This document shows positions 28,101-39,142 of a DNA stretch of 64,000 bases, piece by piece. The notes under the pieces were generated by a model, which was not told the origin of the DNA, ran no database searches, and saw only the letters and a list, made by a program, of their open reading frames with translations. The position numbers were made by a program, and so were the translations under genes. The first letter of the stretch is position 1. The number at the start of each line of letters is the position of its first letter. Source of the DNA: Nageia nagi (lineage: Eukaryota; Plantae; Pinophyta); NCBI GenBank assembly GCA_050084985.1, contig JBITNC010000001.1:26908001-26972000 (forward strand), read 5' to 3'.

Positions 28101-28858
28101 CTCATGGCTAGTAGGAAAATCATCAAGGAGTTCCAAAAAATCAGTACCACCCCTTTAGATTTGTAGAAGCAAACCTCCTTCCATGAAGGATGGAAGTGAC
28201 GAAGGAGCAGCTGAAGAAGGAAATGATGGAGGCTATTGAGAGATTGTCTTCTCGGATCCACAAACTCCTTGCTGAAGACGTGGAAATCAGGGAGCTCAAG
28301 ATGCAAATCTCAGTACATCTTAGCACTATGAATAGCCATCTTCCCAACGTCTCCCATATGGAACATGTTTACGTTGACAGTCCTGAGAAGCTAGTCTACT
28401 GCCACGAGTTCACATACCAACATGATTGGTTGAACCATGCACTTGAAAAGTGCAACATAGCCTTGAAAATCAAAATCCCCTTGAGAAAGGAGGTCGAGGA
28501 ACAAATGAGTGAATATGTTTATCGACTCAAGTTCCAAGGGGAGGACAACAATGTGAGAAAGAAGGCAGTATTGGCAGAGGCTCAAAATCTGATATAGGAG
28601 CATCTTGATGTCAATGATCTTAGCTTGCTGAAGACAGGGCATCCCATCGTCCATGAGAGGCGGATGGTCATTTGGAGACACCAAATGTAGGTTACATCGA
28701 ATAAGATAGATGATTATTTTCGGTAGGATGGTAGCACCGTTGATTTGATTTTCAGGGGCGTACGAAAGACTGTGGCGTTCTTGGAGGAGACCATTGAGTC
28801 GTATGGTCTCACCAACGAGGAGTGGAACTCCATCAGTATCGGATCAGATCTGGCCTAG
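25193..28858 (+). pseudogene. Decayed accessory ORF of unit B (homolog of the A ORF)
   Basis: MASTIRPPPLRARKIQ ... YGLTNEEWNSISIGSDLA*. Contains KVYGSEERPLLLPRYANDRLILMEFARQ, a Ser/Glu-rich linker, a C-terminal coiled-coil, and a ~140-bp internal tandem duplication near 26715-26985. Confidence 0.8.
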
Positions 28859-29395
28859 GTCTAATCCACTTGCAGATTATGTTTTCGGTATCTTTTCTTT
28901 TGTTAAATGCATACTTGATGGTGGTTGCTATGTCAGACTCTATTTTATTTGATTTGATTCGTGTAGGGATGACTTTTTGCTCCTGCCAAGTCAAATCAGT
29001 TAGACTCATTTATGGCTCTGACCGGTGCAGGGATGAGGTTTTGCTCCTGCCGGTTCAGATGTCAGACTTTTTTATTACATATTTGATATACTTTTGAGTA
29101 GTTTAGAGGTAGACTAAATGCATGTTAGTTGTGGCATTTATATTTTGTCAGACTTTTAAGTGCCACTTGCATCATGTAAGCAATTTGATTTTGTATCGGT
29201 ATGTGTGTTGCGTGCGTGCATACCATATCGGATTTGATGGCTTTAGGGTAACACTTCTAGTGGCCTATTTATACCCCATACTGGCCATTTAGAAGGGGAT
29301 TTTGCATTTGGGATTTTTTGGACTTGGAATATTGCATGATATTACGCATTATTGCATATGTGAGACTACACTTAAAGGAAATATTGCATATTGAG

Positions 29396-30906
29396 TGTTG
29401 ATTGAGATTGTGTAATATGTGCGCCTGGAACAATCTTAACCAAAGTAGTTCACGAACAGACTGTGGGACGCAGCCTGATCTCCGGAGAAGGCCGGTTCCT
29501 TATCCATTGGGTAGAGAAAAAGTAACAGGAAAGAGATGAAAAGAGTAGGGAGCGAGAGATTCAAGCAAAAGGATAGGGTAACAAGAAAGGAAGTAAAAGG
29601 ATAGGGTAACGAGAGAGGAAGTAAAGGGATAGGGTAACGAGAGAGAAAGCAAAGGGGTAGATCACTAGTTCAGCGCGGGCTTTCGCAGTGTGCGAAACCT
29701 TGGCCTGAATCTAGTGTCGCAGCCACAGAACAAGTTCTCACTCTCTGAATAGCTCCCCAGCTTCTACTCTACCATGTAGCAGACACAGTTATACTAGCAA
29801 CCCGCAACTATTACTCAGGAAACAAGCTAAGCTGCCACAATGTAACCAAATTAAGAATAACAATTACGAGTGCTAGACAAGAAAGGTCAAGATGGTTTCA
29901 TAGTACCGGACTGAAGCTACAGGTCTTCGAGAACAAATGAAAAGGGCAATACTAGGCTTCCGACCCTTCTTTCACTTTATTTTCATATACTTATACTGTA
30001 GTAACAACAGTTACAAGACTTGCAGAATAGAAACGTTTACAAAAACGGCCTCAAGATTCTGGCCTTCTTGAATTGACACCACCTACATACGCCACTTGGC
30101 CGTCTGTTACAAAGTTGGGCGGATTGCAGACGATACGGTTCCTAGATGATTGTGCTCAGGCATCTTGCAGACTTACTCTCTTTCGGGATTTCTTAATTCT
30201 ATGGCTCAGGCTCTTCAATCTTTCTTTGCGGGCCTATTTTCCTCCGGGACTCGGTTTCATTCACCAATGTTAATCTTGTTTCTTTCCCTGACGTCAGCTT
30301 CATATCTCCGGAATATTTCGCTTTTCGGAGGGACTTGTGTTGATCTCATCGCCTCCGGGGCCGGTTTCATTCACTAATGTTAATTTTGCCTTTTCTTGTG
30401 ACGTCATCCTCGGACTTCCGGAACGATTCGCCTTCAGGGCTCCGGATACTGAATTACTCCTTCCTGATGTCATTTCTTCCGGACTCCGGTTTTCCTCAAA
30501 ACGTTAACTTCATTTTTCGCCATGACGTCAGCTTCATATTTCCGGAATGCATCACTCACTGGCTCCGGGTACTGGATTACTTCGCGCTGACATCACCTCC
30601 TCTGGGCTCCGGTTCCATTCAAAATGTGAACGTTGTTTCCCCGTGACGTCATTATTTCATTTCTCCGGAATGCTTTGTTTCCCGGAGAACTTATGCTGAC
30701 TTTATCTTTTCCGGAACTTGGTTTTCACCCAAAAAATAATTATCTTATCCTCCGCACGTCTCCACTTTATTCCGGAAAACTTTACTCTGACTCCGGGCTG
30801 CTTTATCTGCTCCGGAAAAACTCCCGGAGATCTTCGAATGAATCCGTAGAGGCAGGTAGAGTACACCGTGGCTTTACTTCAAGGATTTATTATGGAGGAA
30901 TCTACA
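29396..30906 (-). repeat. 3' LTR of element C (1511 bp)
   Basis: TGTTGATTGAG...GGAATCTACA on the + strand; direct repeat of 36329-37838. Confidence 0.97.
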
Positions 30907-31000
30907 TTATGGCGACTTCTGGGGGAAAATTTCGCCTTTATCAAAGAGGAATTTAGAACCCAAACCTTTATTTCCATGAATCAAAAAATTGGACTTGCCT

Positions 31001-34000
31001 TCAGCTCTGTAGACTCAGGATTTGCTGGACTTTACTCCAGTCTGCTGGGATCCCGGAAAAATCTTTTAGCCTCGCATGAGCTAAGGCTGTATGGTTCAAC
31101 ACTTCGTAAGATACATTGGCATGTTTCCTCAATAATTGCTGTATGCGAAATCCGCCGTTAGCCAAAGAATCAAAGAATTTTACGAAATTGGTTTCGTCAA
31201 AGGAAACCAGGAGCGTATCGACATCATCAGTACTTTGAATCCTATTCTGTAGACTATTCAAAAACTCAGCCTCTGAGACAAGCGAGCCGTCGCTTTTCCA
31301 TAACTCTGGGATTCCGGACGCATTCAACCCTTGTATCTCTGATTTCAGATTTTCCATTTCTTGCGTCCGACGCAGGACATTACTCCGGATCTCCTGACAA
31401 ACCCATTTACCCCTCACTGGGTAATCGATTGCTGACATGAGCTCCACTCGATCACCAATATTATATGACTGTAATTTTTCATTTGAGAGGAAGTTCAGTC
31501 TTTTATTCGCTTGCTTTGCCTCTTCTGAAATAGGATTCAAAATACTTTCACATCTTGTGACCTCAGCTTCGAGCCTTTTGAGTTCTGATAAACATGACTC
31601 CACATAGTCCCTTAGATGAATTAAGTCTTTGACTTCCTGCATCCTCAGCTCCCAAAATTTTTCTTTTGTATTTAACAGAAAAGATTTGTCTACTTTATTT
31701 GCATTCAGCTTTGCTTGGAGTTCCACCATGTTAGCGTTCAGACTGCTGATCTCCGCTACTCTGGCAGTTATTTCCGCATCTCTTTGAGCGATGATAGCAT
31801 CCTTTTGGCCCAGCTTATCCGCTGTAGGAGCCACCGCTAAACTAGTCTTCAAAATTGATATATTATTCTCCGCAGCCTTCAGTTTTATTTTATTCGTGTC
31901 TAATTGCTGCTTCATGGCTTCATGGGCCTTTTGCAGCTTATGGTATTTGACCTCTAACTTGGTAAGTTCTGATATGTTGAGATCGACAGCTGTTTGTAGG
32001 AGCTCGTTCTTATCACTCCTAGATATGCTGCGGGTGTCAATCTTCACCCGGGTGTTCATGGATGACAAATCACTTAGCCCTTCTTGTGGATCCTGGACAA
32101 TAGCCATTTCCAGCACCTTATGCTTCGGATCCATGGATGTCCGGAACCTTACCGGATTTTCCGGAAGTGGAAGTTTTTTCGCTTGCTTCTGCATCCATGA
32201 CTCCTGCCCTTGTTTCATCTGCTGATACTGCTGCATGATGCCATCCACGGATACCTGCTGCCCTGATATCATGATGAAGGGGGGTCTGGCGCTCAACTCC
32301 TGAGATGAAGCGGCTACGATCTGTTGAGCTGGTGTCACGGGACTAGCTTGGCTGGCCCCGGGGTTGCTGTTGCCGGAAGGGTTAGCGGCAGGAAGTGTTG
32401 GGATAGATGAGGGAGCGGACGATGGAGGTGGAGATGGTGGAGTAATGAGAGATGGTATGGGTGCAGCTGGAATAGCCGCCGGAATTGGGGGAAGTGTAAT
32501 GGGAACGGAAATGGGAGCGGTAGGGGTAGGCAGAGCAGAAGTAAGAGAAAGAGGGGAAGAGGGAGTAGAAAGCGTACCTGATGGGGTCGGGCTCCTCCTT
32601 CTTCTCTTTGGCGGCGATGGGAGCGATGCCTTCTCTTTCTGGATTTTCCTTTTAGCTGTGTATACTCTCTCAGGCCTCCTAGCCACTGTCTCTGTGGAAA
32701 TCTCCATGATCTCCTCCTCGTGTTGCTTCCCCGAGCTGATGCTTGAGACTTTGCGTGTCTCTGCTCTCCCTCCTCGTCGCTGTCATCTGAATCTTCGCCT
32801 GTGGGGACTTCTGTGGGATGCTCTATTCCCCACATCTCCTCAAATTTATCGTCTAAATCGGAATCTAGAGGAGTATTCCGGTTCCCAGACTCGATCCTGT
32901 ACCGGGTAAAGGCAGCTATTTTTTCTTCACTCCATCTCTGATCTCTTAGTGTTTTCAAAGCCTTTTTTGAGATGGAGTCGGTCTTCAGGTCAAAAACGGC
33001 TTTCCTGTTATAGAAACTCAGCCATGGCGGTAACAAGTCCTGGGTGATTACGGCGGTGGGCATCACCTTGTCTTCCTGCTCCGGATTTCGCCACTTAAGC
33101 AGCTCTGGCTTATTTTCGGCTCTAAAAGCCGGGGAATTGGGTTGGCTTCTCAGCTTCTTGCCAAAAATATCCTCTGGATCATATAGACAATATGAACTCA
33201 ATTCCTTCAATTTTAGTTTCAATAATTTGCCCCTTAAATAGTCGCTTGCTCCCCGGCTTTGGAGCACCAGGTCATGCACTTTGTGGGGGAGAGCATAGAC
33301 TCCTCTCTTTTTGGCGGCAGCTCCGTATTTGGAGTCAATATAATCCATCTGTCTGGCGTATTCCACACTGAAAATCCAATCAGTCACATGAACTGGTAGC
33401 AAAAACGGGCCCCAGAAAACCCATACAGTCTTATGAAAGTCCCATTTTCCGCAAAAAACCAGTCCCCGACCTCTCCATGGGGCATGCGGAGGTATAGTTT
33501 GGAGGCTGTTGATAACCTCGGAACTGCGGGGGTTAATAGACCCATTGCTGGAACTAAAAATTTCTCCACAAAGGAGTAGTAATTTGCCGAGGACCTCACC
33601 TCCTCGGTCCACTTGTCCACTGGCTTCTGAGACCCATCTTCATTACTCTGGACCAGGGTTAAATTTTTGAAAACCTCGGCATTTTGATGAATCATCATCC
33701 AGACAATGTATGATGTATAAGCAAAATGAAATCCATCGCCAATCCTTGCTAGCTGTTCTGATATTCCATCCGAAAGGGCACTAGACCAGTCATACATTGC
33801 GGGAGAAACTGGGTGAGAAATCCGATAAGCTATAACTAACCTTGAAGGTGAGACGTATCTATCTGTTTCCTCCCCTGCTGCTATGGCTAGCATGGACAAT
33901 AGTAATTGCAGATGTGCAGAAAAGTTTGAGAGTGGGAGTTCAGAACTGGGGAACTCTCTAAACTTTGCGGAACCGGCTGTATTTTTATTTAGCCAAGCAG

Positions 34001-34478
34001 TGATATTTGCTCTTAGGTTGGCGCTAGGTGTGATATACCAATCAATTTGCATGAGGGGAACCATAGGAGGGGGTGGACTGAAAGCCTCCGCTATTGCAAC
34101 AGAATCCAAATTTAGGATAGTTCTACCTTGCAAGTCTCTGACTATCCTAGTTGCAGGATCGAATGCCCCTCTTATGATTTCTACCAACTCGGGAGCAGGA
34201 AAGCATCTATGAGGGATGAAATGCATGAGACCCGAACCCATTGGGGAATGAGCTATATGATTGAAGCTGAAGTTTGGGCACTTACCTTCCGCAGTGCCCT
34301 TGGGGTTCTTGTTCGGGGCTGTAATCTCGGTATCCCACAATAACTCCATGGAATCTGATACCTTCCTTGCCGTCTTCGCCACTGATCCTGAGCTCATTCT
34401 TGTTCGCTTGCGCCTTGCGCTGTGCTTATCAACCCTTCTTGTACCACTTCTTTTGCTATATTTCACAGCTCCTGGCAA
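31001..34478 (-). CDS. ~1,160-aa accessory ORF of element C, split by two single-base frameshifts
   Basis: ORFs 33384-34478, 32335-33612 and 31001-32707 join as NGTFIRLYGFSG/PFLLPVHVTDWIFSVEYARQ and ...SSGKQHEEEIMEIST. Globular N-terminal domain, Pro-rich linker, long C-terminal coiled-coil. Confidence 0.75.
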
Positions 34479-34915
34479 TGCTCAGTAGACACTAACTTTG
34501 CAAATTCGTGAGCCAAAGCTTTCTATGAATCCTAGCATTTAGGTATCTTGGTAAGTAGTGCTCTGGGTCTTTTAATAGCTCATTTAGATGCACGATCTTT
34601 CGGGGCGCGGGAAAATCGCCTCACGATAGCAGTATTAATAACTGATTTGGTATTTTACGATCTTTTCGGGAACCCCGAGATTTGAATTCCTGTACCCTTT
34701 TGGAAACTTCAATTCTGCCGGCGCAAAAAGGTGCCAATATTATTAACGCTAGGCTACTAATAAATCACTGACAACTATCACAACTCGAAATAAATGCAAC
34801 ATCACACCATTTACAATATGTATACAAATCAAATTCCTTCTTCCCAACGGTCACTTTCCCGCGCTGGCGGGCTTCAGAAAAACTACTGTGTCCGCTGGTG
34901 TGGAATTCATCAAGT

Positions 34916-36181
34916 TCACGTTCCGGCTTTGTCATCCGCTACGCCAGGCGGAGGAATACCTCCACTCCTCGACAGATACTCTTGGTATTGAAAAATAGGG
35001 CAGGTTGTTTGTTCATGAGCATCATTACAAGCCAAACACAACCCATTAACCGCCCCGGAAGTGGAAGCTTGGTCCACGTCCTCATTCAACACATGTTGAG
35101 CTTTCTCTACAGCAGGGTAGGGATATCTTTTGGCATTATTTTGTCTGGTCAACACGGTAATCTGGTTTGCCATATTTCTACACAAATTCCGGAGTTCCTG
35201 AATTTCTGTAGATGATGCTAATCCTTGGTTCATATTAGGCTGATGTGGAGCTGGTAAGGCCAAGGGAGCTCTAGGAATTGGCAAATTTGACGACCAGGGT
35301 TGAACAGGGGCAGGAATATTAGCCAGAGGCGGAACTGAACTGATTACCGGAGGTCTCAAAATTTGCTGTTGTGTTGTGGTTATTGGGAAATAGGGCATTG
35401 GCATACGGCTTGGTAATTTCCCAACTGCAATAAGGCATGATTCAGCATATACTGCTTGTCTATAGACCTCCGGAAAGGTATTCACTCCGGAATTTTGGAT
35501 TTGCAGAGAGAGATCCGGAGGAAAGGCTCTCAGATAATACATCAAAGCTTGAAACTGCTGAGGCCTGACTGGCATGGGTACTCTTGTCCACGTTCTCTGA
35601 AATCTAATGTTGAAATCCGGGATGTTTTCTTGTTCAAACCTTTTGATTGAAGTAAACTGGGTTAACAAGGAAAAGGGATCCCCTAGTTCATTAAACTCCA
35701 GGATAAAAGGCTCTGCCAGTTGAGCCCAGGTACTGATGGATCCATTAGAAAGGCCCCTGTACCAATCCAGGACCTTTCCTTTGAAAGACTGAGCCAGTAA
35801 TCTCACCATAATATCTTCATGCTGAATATTGTGAATCTTTGCTAGGCCGGCTACATCCACACAGTGCTCATAAGCCGTTTTTTCTGAAGTTGCATCAAAC
35901 TCCGGAAGGGTTTTAAAAACATTTGCTGGGATATCATGTAATACCGCCAGAGCTATGGGTACCCCATTGTCCCATTCCGGATAAATATTCTGAGCTGGAT
36001 TAGCCATTTCAGGAAAGGTATCTCTAGTATGAAGATTGGATGGTTCTGGCTTGATAAAGGATTTTAGGGAGTCGATACTATTCAGAGACTTGGACTTGAT
36101 CAGGGTCTTTCTCCTAGGAGTATCTAACTTCCCAAACTCCGGTTTTTCTTTTGCTGCTCTAGTTTTAGATCTTGTCCACAT
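34916..36181 (-). CDS. gag: Gag (Retrotrans_gag-like) of element C
   Basis: Likely ATG at 36181 (MWTRSKT). LPEFD...EDIMVRLLAQSFKGKVLDWYRGLSNGSISTWAQL...F capsid-like region, and C-terminal CLACNDAHEQTTC zinc-knuckle-like motif. Confidence 0.88.
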   Translation of the reverse strand: MWTRSKTRAAKEKPEFGKLDTPRRKTLIKSKSLNSIDSLKSFIKPEPSNLHTRDTFPEMANPAQNIYPEWDNGVPIALAVLHDIPANVFKTLPEFDATSEKTAYEHCVDVAGLAKIHNIQHEDIMVRLLAQSFKGKVLDWYRGLSNGSISTWAQLAEPFILEFNELGDPFSLLTQFTSIKRFEQENIPDFNIRFQRTWTRVPMPVRPQQFQALMYYLRAFPPDLSLQIQNSGVNTFPEVYRQAVYAESCLIAVGKLPSRMPMPYFPITTTQQQILRPPVISSVPPLANIPAPVQPWSSNLPIPRAPLALPAPHQPNMNQGLASSTEIQELRNLCRNMANQITVLTRQNNAKRYPYPAVEKAQHVLNEDVDQASTSGAVNGLCLACNDAHEQTTCPIFQYQEYLSRSGGIPPPGVADDKAGT

Positions 36182-36271
36182 AAACTCTAGATTGCAAAAG
36201 AAAATGACAGGTTCAAAGCACCTATGATATTCACAAATAATTTGCTTTAATACATACCATGGATGGTGCTT

Positions 36272-36285
36272 CAGCAGAGTCGCCA
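36272..36285 (-). promoter_or_regulatory. Second PBS-like motif, tRNA-Arg(ACG) type
   Basis: TGGCGACTCTGCTG, 14 nt downstream of PBS1. Confidence 0.65.
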
Positions 36286-36299
36286 ATAAATTTCTTCGT

Positions 36300-36317
36300 G
36301 TCCCACCGGGCGTGCCA
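36300..36317 (-). promoter_or_regulatory. PBS1 of element C, complementary to the tRNA-Arg(UCU) 3' end
   Basis: TGGCACGCCCGGTGGGAC, 11 nt inside the 5' LTR. tRNA assignment is from recalled plant tRNA-Arg 3' ends. Confidence 0.8.
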
Positions 36318-36328
36318 AAAAGAAATAC

Positions 36329-37838
36329 TGTTGATTGAGATTGTGTAATATGTGCGCCTGGAAAATCTTAACCAAAGTAGTTCACGAACAGACTGTGGGA
36401 CGCAGCCTGATCTCCGGAGAAGGCCGGTTCCTTATCCATTGGGTAGAGAAAAAGTAACAGGAAAGAGATGAAAAGAGTAGGGAGCGAGAGATTCAAGCAA
36501 AAGGATAGGGTAACAAGAAAGGAAGTAAAAGGATAGGGTAACGAGAGAGGAAGTAAAGGGATAGGGTAACGAGAGAGAAAGCAAAGGGGTAGATCACTAG
36601 TTCAGCGCGGGCTTTCGCAGTGTGCGAAACCTTGGCCTGAATCTAGTGTCGCAGCCACAGAACAAGTTCTCACTCTCTGAATAGCTCCCCAGCTTCTACT
36701 CTACCATGTAGCAGACACAGTTATACTAGCAACCCGCAACTATTACTCAGGAAACAAGCTAAGCTGCCACAATGTAACCAAATTAAGAATAACAATTACG
36801 AGTGCTAGACAAGAAAGGTCAAGATGGTTTCATAGTACCGGACTGAAGCTACAGGTCTTCGAGAACAAATGAAAAGGGCAATACTAGGCTTCCGACCCTT
36901 CTTTCACTTTATTTTCATATACTTATACTGTAGTAACAACAGTTACAAGACTTGCAGAATAGAAACGTTTACAAAAACGGCCTCAAGATTCTGGCCTTCT
37001 TGAATTGACACCACCTACATACGCCACTTGGCCGTCTGTTACAAAGTTGGGCGGATTGCAGACGATACGGTTCCTAGATGATTGTGCTCAGGCATCTTGC
37101 AGACTTACTCTCTTTCGGGATTTCTTAATTCTATGGCTCAGGCTCTTCAATCTTTCTTTGCGGGCCTATTTTCCTCCGGGACTCGGTTTCATTCACCAAT
37201 GTTAATCTTGTTTCTTTCCCTGACGTCAGCTTCATATCTCCGGAATATTTCGCTTTTCGGAGGGACTTGTGTTGATCTCATCGCCTCCGGGGCCGGTTTC
37301 ATTCACTAATGTTAATTTTGCCTTTTCTTGTGACGTCATCCTCGGACTTCCGGAACGATTCGCCTTCAGGGCTCCGGATACTGAATTACTCCTTCCTGAT
37401 GTCATTTCTTCCGGACTCCGGTTTTCCTCAAAACGTTAACTTCATTTTTCGCCATGACGTCAGCTTCATATTTCCGGAATGCATCACTCACTGGCTCCGG
37501 GTACTGGATTACTTCGCGCTGACATCACCTCCTCTGGGCTCCGGTTCCATTCAAAATGTGAACGTTGTTTCCCCGTGACGTCATTATTTCATTTCTCCGG
37601 AATGCTTTGTTTCCCGGAGAACTTATGCTGACTTTATCTTTTCCGGAACTTGGTTTTCACCCAAAAAATAATTATCTTATCCTCCGCACGTCTCCACTTT
37701 ATTCCGGAAAACTTTACTCTAACTCCGGGTTGCTTTATCTGCTCCGGAAAAACTCCCGGAGATCTTCGAATGAATCCGTAGAGGCAGGTAGAGTACACCG
37801 TGGCTTTACTTCAAGGATTTATTATGGAGGAATCTACA
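36329..37838 (-). repeat. 5' LTR of element C (1510 bp)
   Basis: Differs from the other LTR by one 1-bp indel and two substitutions that I could spot. The LTR-internal ORF translations in the track are identical apart from one D/N change. Confidence 0.97.
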
Positions 37839-39142
37839 TTGAGGATCCTGCATTTTTTGGGATGCTAGCTACGAGCTTTTGTGTGTGTAAGAATTTGAGT
37901 TGTTGCATCTGTTATAACTGAGGTTTACTGTATTCCATATGAATGCAACAAGGTTTTTTCTACATATGTTGGGGTTGTTGCGTCCTTAAGTATTTACATT
38001 CTGTTGCATAGAGGTTCGCTGCATAAGGGGGTCTATGCATGTTCATCATTGAATATCATTATGAATGTGTTTCTTTTGAGGAATGAGATTATAAAGCTAA
38101 TACTATGAAGGATGTCATTTGTGGGATCATGCATATATGAATAACTTTCTCCCCTTGGAGTTGCATATCGAATATTCATTGAAGTGGTTTGAGGTTTTTC
38201 TTTGCATGGTTTGCACATAAGTAGATGTATTCTAAGGCTCATAGCTTGTCTTTATATCATTCGGTTAGGTTCTTGCACTTACACCTTCACTTCATTTATT
38301 TTCCCCACCGAATCTTTCACCAAGACCCTACAGCTTCCTGCTCTCGTCTGGTAGTGATTTGAGCATATTTTGCTATTTGTTGCCCGACTTGATAGTGAGT
38401 ACATTGACCTTAATGAATCTGAAGATGACTTGTCGAGACACTGCATCACTAGTGATGCCTTCATGAGTTCATACTTCCTTGTATTCCTTTGCATTTATCT
38501 CTGTGTTTTTTCCCTGTATTTGTGATCTTTCTTCACTTTCATTCACATATTTAGTCTTTCCTTGTTGTGGAAAGGAGCTCCGACGTTGTATTTCCCTTGT
38601 ATACGGTTAACAACATGCGTCTTTGACTATTGTGCCTTCAAGACCATATTCCATGTGAGCACTTGGGGTAACTAGTCCTTTCAGGCAGAAACAAGTAATG
38701 TTGTTTCCTCAAAGTCTTGTGCATGTTTTGGGGTCTTGTGCATGTTTTTGGCTAGGAAAGAAAAACATACCAACATAAGCTCTCTTGCGCTCCTTCAATA
38801 TCATCGTCTCTATAGAGGGGTAGAAGTTACTACATGGAGCATTGATAAGAGCATTCCCGTTCAAGCCATGATGCTCTTCAAGCATCCAATCTCCGATTGT
38901 GATCGTGGCCCTGCTAGTGGACTGATAATGAACTAGTGACTCCACTTCACTGTATTCAAAGTTCCCTTCCCCTGTCCATTGGAATGCTTTCTTGATTGCC
39001 TCAGGATTGAAATACATAAGAACTCTTTTGATGTCCCTTAGCACTCTCTCACCTTTCTTCCAATGCTGGCTCACTTCAATGCATAGTTTTGGGAAAGGGA
39101 TTGCGAAAGGGAGAAGTGGGGATTTGGCGAGATTGGAGAACT

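Larger units (their letters stand above)
29396..37838 (-). mobile_element. Element C: young non-autonomous Ty3/Gypsy (Tat/Ogre-like) LTR element, gag plus extra ORF, no pol
   Basis: LTRs 29396-30906 and 36329-37838 nearly identical. Perfect TSD TTGAG. tRNA-Arg-type PBS. Retrotrans_gag-like ORF. No protease, RT, RNase H or integrase motifs seen. Confidence 0.95.
23635..38775 (+). mobile_element. Unit B: ~6.7-kb (net) sister of unit A in inverted orientation; contains element C
   Basis: TATTGTGCCTGCACAAC ... GAAAAACATACCAACA, perfect TSD TAAGC (23630-23634 / 38776-38780). Ends are the reverse complements of A's ends. Confidence 0.9.

Noticed and set aside
30073-30956. Duplicated small ORFs, also at 37005-37921
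   Set aside because: They recur only because they lie in the two LTRs of C; no coding signature.
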